A DNA stretch of 45,642 nucleotides from a virus, in the IMG/VR virus record IMGVR_UViG_3300045391_001310, positions 1 through 45,642 of that record; one strand, 5' to 3'. Position 1 is the stretch's first letter. Each line of letters opens with the position of its first letter. The notes beneath the pieces are model-generated. The model did not search any database, was not told the origin of the DNA, and worked only from the letters and a program-made list of their open reading frames with translations. A program made the position numbers and the translations under genes. Below are positions 38,476-45,642 of the stretch, piece by piece.

Positions 38476-39821
38476 TGGCTACCCATATAACTAATGCTAC
38501 TGAACTTCAAAATATGAATCTAAATATGAATGAAGATTATATATTAGATAATGACATTGATTTAACAGGGATTGATTGGAAACCTATTGGGTATGGAGAT
38601 CAACAATTTACTGATTTATCAACTGCTGGACAATTTACTGGTACTTTTGACGGGCAAGGATTTACTATATCTAATTTGTCTGTTTCAGCAACAAACTCAG
38701 CTCTTGGTGTTGTAGGTGGATTGTTTGGATTTCTTGGAAATGGTAGTTCTCGTCCATCAAAAGGCAACCCACCGATTAAAAACGCAACTGTTTCAAATTT
38801 AAATTTATCTAATGTTTCGTTAACAGGACATTATGCCTTGGGAGGATTAGCTGGTTTTATTATAGGGGCTGACATAACAAATGTTCATTTAGATGGTGTT
38901 GAAATTTCTTGGGATGGAATATCTACTGTTCATGCTTGCGGTGGTTTTGGTGGAGATTGTTACAATATATCAATAGATACAACGATAATTACAAATTGTA
39001 GTGTCGATGATGTCAGTATAACTGGAAAATTAAGCCAATATATAGGTGGATTCTTAGGAGATTGTTTTGTTTCTTCAGCGGTTACAGATTTTGTTGTACA
39101 CAAATGCTTTGCTACTAATGTAAGCATTATAGGAAATGCTGGTACAGCCGGATTCAATGGAGTCGGTGGGTTTGCAGGGTTATTAACAGGTACTATTTAT
39201 GATTGTTATGCCACAGGCACGATTGACGGTTCTGGAATACTTACTGTTTTTTATGATGTGGGCGGATTTGCTGGAGAAATAGATGCCACATTTAATAATT
39301 ATAATTGTTATTCTAATGTTGAAATTATATCAGTTGAAGTTACTCAGGATTATAACGGAATTGGTGGGTATATAGGTAAATTTTACGGTGGCCCTACAAA
39401 TTCTATAAGAAATGTTTATTCCGTTGGGACAATAACCGTCACATCTTTAGCTCAAGGTGTTGGTGGGTTAATTGGAATATATGACAATGGAGATTTATCA
39501 ACACCATCTTTAGCTTTAATAAATAATTGTGCTTGGTTAACAAGTATAGTGAATTGTGCTATTTCACAATTAGATAGATCAACTTATTCAGCATGGAACA
39601 GTGGAACAACTTATTCTATTGGTGATAAGGTTTTTAGTGGAAGTTATAACTGGATAAGTATTAAAAATTCAAATCTTAATAAATCTCCAGCTTTCCAGCC
39701 TTCTTGGTGGAGGAAGTTATACACAAGAGTTAACACTTTGACCGAACTTAGTTTTGGTACAGATGAAGCAGATATAAGCAATTTTTATACAACAGATCAC
39801 CCTGTCTATGCACAGGTCTAA
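38475..39821 (+). CDS. GLUG-repeat beta-helical protein, paralogue 2, with a C-terminal CBM5/12-like module
   Basis: It has the same N-terminus as 37381. The C-terminal YSAWNSGTTYSIGDKVFSGSYNWISIK....P....SWW matches the W..TtY..GD.V.y.g..Y pattern. Confidence 0.6.
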   Translation: MATHITNATELQNMNLNMNEDYILDNDIDLTGIDWKPIGYGDQQFTDLSTAGQFTGTFDGQGFTISNLSVSATNSALGVVGGLFGFLGNGSSRPSKGNPPIKNATVSNLNLSNVSLTGHYALGGLAGFIIGADITNVHLDGVEISWDGISTVHACGGFGGDCYNISIDTTIITNCSVDDVSITGKLSQYIGGFLGDCFVSSAVTDFVVHKCFATNVSIIGNAGTAGFNGVGGFAGLLTGTIYDCYATGTIDGSGILTVFYDVGGFAGEIDATFNNYNCYSNVEIISVEVTQDYNGIGGYIGKFYGGPTNSIRNVYSVGTITVTSLAQGVGGLIGIYDNGDLSTPSLALINNCAWLTSIVNCAISQLDRSTYSAWNSGTTYSIGDKVFSGSYNWISIKNSNLNKSPAFQPSWWRKLYTRVNTLTELSFGTDEADISNFYTTDHPVYAQV

Positions 39822-39823
39822 TT

Positions 39824-40636
39824 ATGGCAAACCCATGGGATTTTTCAACACCAGTATGGTTAACAGAATGTCACGACTTACCGACATTCGTTGGTTCAGA
39901 ATGTCCATGGAATACAAATTGCAACGATTATCCAGATTTTGTTGGATCGGCTTGTGGTGGCGGTTCAACATCATCTATAACTTTAGCCGAATTGGACAAT
40001 CCAGTCGAAGGATTGGTTACAGTATTTGCAACAGTCGTAGAAGTAACTTGTATTCAATATTACATAGATGGGATAGCAGTAGGTGGGCCATTTTATGATC
40101 CTTGGGATTTATTATTTGACACACATGAATATGAATCTGGAACGCATACAATATATGCTAAAAGTTGTGATGGTACGGTTACATCTAATACGATTAACGC
40201 TATTATCGTATCTACAGCAGTTTCTAGGCATACAGGTGATAAGCCACAGGATAAAGGACAGCAAAGAGAATGTATCGTTTGCGGATTTTGGTTTCCTGAG
40301 CGTGATTTTAGAATTCGTCAGAAAGATAAGCAATGGATTTGTAAGTGGGATTATGATGAAGTATCGGAGGATGATTCTCACGGTACAGTTGAGATTCATT
40401 TACTTAAAGGTCAGATGCGTAATTGCTCTATTTGTGATTTTTGGTTTGCTGAAAGAGATTATCGAATTCGTAAAGTTAGAAACAAATGGCTTTGTAAATG
40501 GTGTGAAGAATCTCAATATTATGATGATGACGAAGGTATCCCAGGAGACAATGTTGATTATTTACAACTCGAAGATGAAGATTCCTATTTGCTTGAAGAT
40601 GGAGGAAAGATAATCCTTGAAGATGACACTGAGTAA
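39824..40636 (+). CDS. Virion-module protein with an Ig-like domain, two duplicated CxxC..CKW zinc-ribbon-like units and an acidic tail
   Basis: The two units are RECIVCGFWFPERDFRIRQKDKQWICKW and RNCSICDFWFAERDYRIRKVRNKWLCKWC. The C-terminus is DYLQLEDEDSYLLEDGGKIILEDDTE. Confidence 0.55.
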   Translation: MANPWDFSTPVWLTECHDLPTFVGSECPWNTNCNDYPDFVGSACGGGSTSSITLAELDNPVEGLVTVFATVVEVTCIQYYIDGIAVGGPFYDPWDLLFDTHEYESGTHTIYAKSCDGTVTSNTINAIIVSTAVSRHTGDKPQDKGQQRECIVCGFWFPERDFRIRQKDKQWICKWDYDEVSEDDSHGTVEIHLLKGQMRNCSICDFWFAERDYRIRKVRNKWLCKWCEESQYYDDDEGIPGDNVDYLQLEDEDSYLLEDGGKIILEDDTE

Positions 40637-42464
40637 AATATTATTAATTTTATTATTAGCAACTAATGTATACGCTGCTGATCGAAAGATTACAGACTTA
40701 ACGGAAGATACTTCCCCAACATCGGATGACTTAGTAACAACAGTTAACGATCCTAGCGGTAGTCCTGCCAATAGAAAAGTTACTTTAGGGAATATATTTA
40801 CTTCTTTAGGAGTTACCGCAAGTGGGTATTCTGTAGTGGCTGATGAAGGAACTAATTTAACTGGTAGGTCGAAGATTAATTTTACTGGAAGTGGTGTGTC
40901 TTGTTCTGATAATTCTGGAAGCACAAGAACAGATTGTACTATTTCAAGTGGTGGAGCGACTACTATTACTGGGCTAACAGACGTTAGCACAACATATACT
41001 GATGGTAAAATATTAATTGCAAACGGATCTCAATTTAATGGTGTTTCAGTTTCTGGAGATATTACTATTACTAATAGCGGTGTAACAGATATTGGTTCAA
41101 GCAAGGTAGGTTCTACTGAAATTATATCCACCGCAGTAACAGCTGGGTCTTACACGAACTCTAATATTACAGTAGATGCAGACGGACGAATAACATCGGC
41201 TTCCAATGGTTCGGCTGGAAGCGGTGCTAGTTATATTACAGGATTAACCGATGTAACATCGACTTATGGGAATGGAAAAATATTAGTAGCAGACGTTGAT
41301 AACTTTAATGGTGTAGCAATGTCTGGTGATGTTACGATCAATAGTGCTGGAGTTACTGATGTTGGAACAGACAAAATAGGAACGACTGAGTTGTTATCTA
41401 CACAAGTCACTCCTGGATCGTATGGTTCTGCAGGTATTACAGTTGACGGCGATGGTCGTATTACTAACGCAATGGCTGGTAGTTTGACTGGTTTAACAGA
41501 TGTTGGGTCTGCTACGATAACATCTGGGAGAGTCCTTATTGCTGACGGAACGAAATTTCAGAGTGTTGGTATAAGTGGGGATGTAACTGTAACCAGCGCT
41601 GGAGTAGTTGATATAGGCACAGATAAAGTAGGTTCATTAGAGCTTTTAGCAACTCCAGTAGTTTCTGGTCAATATACAGCAGCTAATATTATTGTTGACG
41701 CAGACGGAAGAATAACGAATGCAGCGGTTAGCTCTTTAACTGGTTTGAGTGATATAGGAACAACAATAAATAAAACAGCTGGTAACATATTAATTGCCGA
41801 TGGGACTAAATTTCAAAGCGTGGCTATAGGCGGTGACATAACGATTACTTCCGCAGGGGCAACTGACATAGGAACGTCTAAAGTCGGGTCAACTGAGATT
41901 ATTTCAACAGCGGTAACTACTGGTTCATATACTAATACTAATATAACTGTAGATGGAGATGGTAGAATTACAACAGCTGCAAATGGAACGGATAATGGGG
42001 CTACGAGTTTAACTGGTCTTTCGGATGTAGGCAGTGCAACTATTACGGCTGGTAGAATTTTAGTGGCTGATGGAACAAAATTCCAATCTGTCGCTGTAAG
42101 TGGGAACGTAGCTTTGACATCGGCTGGGGTTGGGACTTTCTCAAGAACAATAGGAACTACTATATTATCACCTTCAGCCTCGACAAGTTACGCAAGTGTA
42201 AAATTAGCTAATAGCTCTACAGTGAGTAATTGCGAATGTTATCAAATGGGGGGGACTAATGCGGTATTAACTTTAAAACAATGCAACGGTGCTCAAAATG
42301 CTTGTGCCAATATTACAAATGCCACAACTTGCACTTCTTCTTCTACAACAATGACATTATCTGGGGCAGGTTCTTTAACTGGTGGTAATGATTTACAATA
42401 TTTAACAGGCTCATTTAGTGGTACACCAACACAGTTAAGATGGAGTTGTAAAAACACAGAATGA
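40623..42464 (+). CDS. Tail fibre (613 aa) built from tandem ~82-90-aa LTGLTDV...GRIT modules, with a signal-peptide-like N-terminus and a Cys-containing C-terminal knob
   Basis: The ATG is at 40623 (the track start at 40617 is a TTG). The N-terminus is MTLSKILLILLLATNVYA|AD. It has five full repeat units plus one partial one. Confidence 0.8.
   Translation: MTLSKILLILLLATNVYAADRKITDLTEDTSPTSDDLVTTVNDPSGSPANRKVTLGNIFTSLGVTASGYSVVADEGTNLTGRSKINFTGSGVSCSDNSGSTRTDCTISSGGATTITGLTDVSTTYTDGKILIANGSQFNGVSVSGDITITNSGVTDIGSSKVGSTEIISTAVTAGSYTNSNITVDADGRITSASNGSAGSGASYITGLTDVTSTYGNGKILVADVDNFNGVAMSGDVTINSAGVTDVGTDKIGTTELLSTQVTPGSYGSAGITVDGDGRITNAMAGSLTGLTDVGSATITSGRVLIADGTKFQSVGISGDVTVTSAGVVDIGTDKVGSLELLATPVVSGQYTAANIIVDADGRITNAAVSSLTGLSDIGTTINKTAGNILIADGTKFQSVAIGGDITITSAGATDIGTSKVGSTEIISTAVTTGSYTNTNITVDGDGRITTAANGTDNGATSLTGLSDVGSATITAGRILVADGTKFQSVAVSGNVALTSAGVGTFSRTIGTTILSPSASTSYASVKLANSSTVSNCECYQMGGTNAVLTLKQCNGAQNACANITNATTCTSSSTTMTLSGAGSLTGGNDLQYLTGSFSGTPTQLRWSCKNTE
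40965..42140 (+). repeat. In-frame tandem repeat array (about 5.5 units, period 82-90 codons) inside the fibre gene
   Basis: Units start at (I/L)TGL(T/S)D(V/I), at about residues 117, 207, 289, 374 and 464 of the track translation. A homologous unit occurs at 8433-8694 and at ~10870-11250 in the 1106-aa fibre. Confidence 0.8.
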
Positions 42465-42982
42465 GATACATATTATTAACTACTACTTTACTACTAATAT
42501 CTACTAAATTAGTATTTGCAGATAAAGTATATATTTTTATAGATAAGGTTGGAGTGGTTGATGTTGGTCAGGAAAAAGGACAGACATCTATTGGGGATAT
42601 TATACAGGTAGTTCCGTATAGTCCCCAATATGAACCAACTCAAGCAGAAAAAGATAGATGTAAGATATTAGTAACAGACTTAACTATGGACGAGATAGAT
42701 ACTTTAAGAAAACCTAAAACGCATACAGAAATATTACAAAAACAAATTACATTAGATAGTGCTGTATATGATTCTTTTAAATCTGATGCAATATCTAAAG
42801 ATAATGCAGTAGTAATAAATGAAAAAGATAATGGAGCGACTAAGACATTAACTTATCAATTTGATACAGAAGTACAAGATAAACCAAGAGAATTTAGTAT
42901 AGATTTGAAATCTTTTGATAAACAACCAGTTTCAGAGGTAAAAAGTGAAGAAGTTATTAATAATATTATTATTAAGCCTTAG
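42461..42982 (+). CDS. Secreted hypothetical protein (173 aa)
   Basis: ATGA overlap with the upstream gene. The N-terminus is MRYILLTTTLLLISTKLVFA|DK. Confidence 0.6.
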   Translation: MRYILLTTTLLLISTKLVFADKVYIFIDKVGVVDVGQEKGQTSIGDIIQVVPYSPQYEPTQAEKDRCKILVTDLTMDEIDTLRKPKTHTEILQKQITLDSAVYDSFKSDAISKDNAVVINEKDNGATKTLTYQFDTEVQDKPREFSIDLKSFDKQPVSEVKSEEVINNIIIKP

Positions 42983-44162
42983 CGTTATATCTAACTCTTA
43001 TTCGGCTACAGAGTTTGTTTGTACAGTTAACAAAACTGGGGAAGATTATAATACTATTGCTACTTGGGAAACAGCTATTCAATCTGATTTAACTTCAGCA
43101 GCAACTAAGGTTTTTTCTCATAGTGCTATCACAGGAACAATAGCCGATGGTTCGACAGTTACTGGTACAACATCTTTAGCAACAGGAACTGTTACTCATG
43201 CTACAGCCACCCAGATAATGATTAAAAATATTACTGGAACATTTCAGAGTGGGGAAATTATTTATCAAACAGTTGGTGTTAATTTTACAACAATTAATGA
43301 CGCAGGAGATAGTGTTATTGCCGTTTTAGAAACCTATGATGACGACGGAGCATTATCAGAAAATACAATAGATATTAACGGATGGACAACAAGCTCTACA
43401 AATTATATTAATATAAGAGCTCCCTCTGGGGAAAGACATAATGGTACTTTAAGAGCTGGAACAGCAGGATTGGGTTTTAGATTAACTTGTACAGTAGGAA
43501 ATACTTATTGTATTAAAAGCAGTGTAAATAATGCTAGATTTTCTTGGGCTCAAGTTTATATGGATGAAACTAATGATTTTGGTCAACTTGCCCTAGCAGG
43601 ATTTAGTCAGATCGATCATAATATTGTGGCTGGGAACAACACACATTTATCAAGTGGAGTAAGTCAAGAAAATTTTTCTAGCAGTTTAATTTATAATAAT
43701 ATTATTTATGATTTTAAAGCTGTTGCAGGAAATTCACATTGTATAAGAACCGATAACGTATCCGTGAGTATTTTTAATAACACTATGTATAATTGCGAAG
43801 ATGGACTTCATCCAATCGGTCACGGAGGAACTTCGGTTACAGCTAAAAATAATTTATCATATGGTAATACGGGTTTAGATTATTATACGGCTGGTGGTGG
43901 ATATACAACAACTTCTAAAAATATTTCGGAAGATACCAGTTCTCCAGATACATCTTATAGAAGTAAAACAATAACATTTGCTAATGCAGCTGGAAGAGAT
44001 TTCCATTTAGCAAGCACAGACACAGATGCGATAGATGCTGGTGACGATTTATCAGCAACTTTTACAGATGATATTGATGGAGTTACAAGGATTGTACCTT
44101 GGGATATTGGCGCAGATGAATATGTTGCCACATCAACAACAACTATGATGGATTTTATATAA
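42945..44162 (+). CDS. Right-handed parallel beta-helix protein (depolymerase / tailspike-like) with a signal peptide
   Basis: The GTG start is preceded by GAGGT. The N-terminus is MKKLLIILLLSLSVISNSYS|AT. It has N-N-x-I/M repeats (NNIIYDF, FNNTMYNC, AKNNLSYGN) and the C-terminal DFHLAS.DTDAIDAGDDL...DIDG..R....WDIGADEY. Confidence 0.6.
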   Translation: MKKLLIILLLSLSVISNSYSATEFVCTVNKTGEDYNTIATWETAIQSDLTSAATKVFSHSAITGTIADGSTVTGTTSLATGTVTHATATQIMIKNITGTFQSGEIIYQTVGVNFTTINDAGDSVIAVLETYDDDGALSENTIDINGWTTSSTNYINIRAPSGERHNGTLRAGTAGLGFRLTCTVGNTYCIKSSVNNARFSWAQVYMDETNDFGQLALAGFSQIDHNIVAGNNTHLSSGVSQENFSSSLIYNNIIYDFKAVAGNSHCIRTDNVSVSIFNNTMYNCEDGLHPIGHGGTSVTAKNNLSYGNTGLDYYTAGGGYTTTSKNISEDTSSPDTSYRSKTITFANAAGRDFHLASTDTDAIDAGDDLSATFTDDIDGVTRIVPWDIGADEYVATSTTTMMDFI

Positions 44163-44341
44163 TGGGAAAATTACCTTACTACGCAAGAGGGAAAAAGATT
44201 TTAGATGATATTGATGGTTCTGAGAACTATGAAAGAGATTCAAGAATGTACAAACAAAGAGGACTTAATGTCCATAAAACTAATTTAGATTTTTTAACAG
44301 ATGAGGCTAGAGAAGCCCAAATACAGAGGAGAGTAAGATGA
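44162..44341 (+). CDS. Small basic protein (59 aa), not in the track
   Basis: Sequence MGKLPYYARGKKILDDIDGSENYERDSRMYKQRG... It has a TAATG overlap upstream and an ATGA overlap downstream. Confidence 0.4.
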   Translation: MGKLPYYARGKKILDDIDGSENYERDSRMYKQRGLNVHKTNLDFLTDEAREAQIQRRVR

Positions 44342-44715
44342 AGAAGTTTTTAGTCGTGGTTGGATTAATATTAATTGCAATGCCTGTATATGCTCAAAGT
44401 CGTGGGCCATTAACAAATGTTTACGCCAGCATTGCTTCGGTAGCAGCGAATAGTAATAAAACATTTACTTTTCCATTTCAATCCAGAGATGTTTATATCC
44501 TAAATGATTCTGGGCAAAAGATATGCGTATCTCCCAAAGGAGAAACTATTGCTATTGACGTACCTACAGGATATTGTACCGTACCAACAGGAAATATTTT
44601 TCAAATGGCTACAGGAACACAGGTAGCATTGTATGATTTAGTTACAGATGCAGTTTCTGTAAGAAATACTGGAGCAGCTGCAGCTAGTCCAGTTAGTGTA
44701 ATTGTGGGGTATTAA
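44338..44715 (+). CDS. Secreted small beta-rich protein (125 aa)
   Basis: The N-terminus is MKKFLVVVGLILIAMPVYA|QS. Confidence 0.6.
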   Translation: MKKFLVVVGLILIAMPVYAQSRGPLTNVYASIASVAANSNKTFTFPFQSRDVYILNDSGQKICVSPKGETIAIDVPTGYCTVPTGNIFQMATGTQVALYDLVTDAVSVRNTGAAAASPVSVIVGY

Positions 44716-44942
44716 TGGAAGAAGCAAGAATATATGCTCCTAAAAAAAGGAAATCTAAGGTTCTTTTAGGGAAAGAATTTCCTTTTATAAGTGATTTGAA
44801 AGTTGGGGATAAGGGGCAGTTAGAAGTTAATTTATTAGTACAATCAGTATCTTTGATAATGGATTCTGAAGGAAATGAATTTAAAAATTTAACAGTAGAA
44901 ATAGTAGAAGCTAATCTAATAGAAGAAAAAATATATAAATAA
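44715..44942 (+). CDS. Hypothetical small protein (75 aa)
   Basis: TAATG coupling to its neighbours. Confidence 0.5.
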   Translation: MEEARIYAPKKRKSKVLLGKEFPFISDLKVGDKGQLEVNLLVQSVSLIMDSEGNEFKNLTVEIVEANLIEEKIYK

Positions 44943-45136
44943 TGCCTATCCCTATTGCAGAAATATTTAGACCTAATTTTGAAATATCTGAGAGTTTATC
45001 TTCAGATTTGTCAGATAAGGAGCCTGGGAACAAATTTAGAGCAATAATTAATTATGAGGTTATTGAAAAAACAAAAAGTTTTGTAATTTTAAGAATAAAT
45101 CATGTTCAATTATTGAACACAAAAAGGAAATACTAA
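44942..45136 (+). CDS. Hypothetical small protein (64 aa)
   Basis: TAATG coupling to its neighbours. Confidence 0.5.
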   Translation: MPIPIAEIFRPNFEISESLSSDLSDKEPGNKFRAIINYEVIEKTKSFVILRINHVQLLNTKRKY

Positions 45137-45642
45137 TGCTTAGTTTTCTTAATCTTTATACAGAAGTTGGAAGATTATTACAAAGAGTTGGGGATACAGA
45201 TTATGCAACAAAGATAAAAGATTGGGTAAATTTTTCTCATACTACATTAGCTAATGCTTATGATTATTGGAATGAATTAGAATCTATTCATAATTTTACT
45301 ACGGAAGATGGAGTTGAAAATTATTATATGCCAATATGGTTTGATAAACCTTTGAGAGTTTATGACTTATCAAACAATAGAAAATTAAAACTTATTACAG
45401 AAGAAGAATATTTTGATGCAAATGTTTCTAATATTTCTCAGGGTAATACTGCAGCTCCTATTCATGCAAGAATATATGGTTATAAAGGTGTTAATTCGAA
45501 TATAAGTTCATCTGGAACAAATGTTAAGGTTAAAAGTACAAGTGCAAGTGATACGGCTGGAGTAACAGTAAGGGTTGAGGGGTATACAGATTCATCAAAA
45601 ACTATTTTAGATTATGAGGATATAATTATTTCGACATCAACT
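45136..45642 (+). CDS. N-terminal part of the junction-spanning 318-aa ORF (continues at base 51 of the window and ends at 500)
   Basis: The ATG at 45136 overlaps the upstream TAA. The frame stays open to the window end and is in phase with 1..500 once the 50-bp duplicate is removed. Confidence 0.8.
   Translation, partial: MLSFLNLYTEVGRLLQRVGDTDYATKIKDWVNFSHTTLANAYDYWNELESIHNFTTEDGVENYYMPIWFDKPLRVYDLSNNRKLKLITEEEYFDANVSNISQGNTAAPIHARIYGYKGVNSNISSSGTNVKVKSTSASDTAGVTVRVEGYTDSSKTILDYEDIIISTST
45593..45642. repeat. Second copy of the 50-bp terminal overlap
   Basis: Identical to bases 1-50. Confidence 0.95.

Noticed and set aside
40083-40613. 176-aa same-strand off-frame ORF inside 39824..40636, considered as a separate gene.
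   Set aside because: The translation is hydrophobic and low-complexity with no motif, whereas the 270-aa frame has Ig-like and Cys-ribbon features. It is kept only as a low-priority note in the findings.
1-45642. Search for CRISPR arrays, integrase/att sites, diversity-generating retroelement (reverse transcriptase plus template repeat) or retron-like elements.
   Set aside because: I saw no regularly spaced short repeats, no tyrosine or serine recombinase motifs, and no reverse-transcriptase YxDD motif. The fibre repeats are in-frame protein modules, not template/variable repeat pairs.

Overview
This window is a complete, circularly closed genome of a tailed dsDNA phage. Bases 1-50 are identical to 45593-45642, so the unique length is 45,592 bp. 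The DNA is AT-rich (about one-third G+C by eye) and uses the standard genetic code. Genes are tightly packed, often coupled by ATGA or TAATG overlaps.

Two divergent transcription units leave a 385-bp control region (25808-26192).

- **Rightward unit** (26.2 kb to the end, wrapping to 14.95 kb): small early genes, a possible small terminase, TerL, an HNH endonuclease, a GroES-like co-chaperonin, portal, scaffold, a decoration-like protein and an HK97-type capsid protein. These are followed by a WaaL/PglL-family membrane protein, two GLUG-repeat paralogues, fibre and beta-helix proteins, and an adaptor candidate that spans the circular junction. Next come a T7 gp12-like nozzle, a Gly-rich fibre, ejection proteins (one with an SLT domain) and a 1106-aa fibre. 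The unit ends with small lysis-type membrane proteins (including an overlapped spanin-like pair), a metallophosphoesterase and a 5-TM protein.
- **Leftward unit** (25.8 to 14.95 kb): a replisome organiser, a C5 DNA methyltransferase, RHH/HTH regulators, an annealing protein plus a PD-(D/E)XK nuclease, and Gam/NinB/NinG-like genes. It also carries several HNH-type genes, many tiny single-TM peptides and a NeuD/PglD-type acetyltransferase.

I could not recognise any DNA or RNA polymerase, integrase, tRNA or CRISPR array.

The most unusual observations are:
1. The methyltransferase locus carries two long same-strand overlapping reading frames, and both read like real methyltransferase-family protein.
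2. At least ten late/virion-module proteins, including the nozzle, begin with Sec-type signal peptides. The same genome encodes a WaaL/PglL-family enzyme in the late operon and a PglD/NeuD-type acetyltransferase, which suggests an envelope-side protein or glycan modification theme.
3. A NinG-like reading frame has no start codon.
4. The leftward operon has a structured leader with two terminator-like hairpins.

All functional calls come from motif recognition by eye and need database confirmation.
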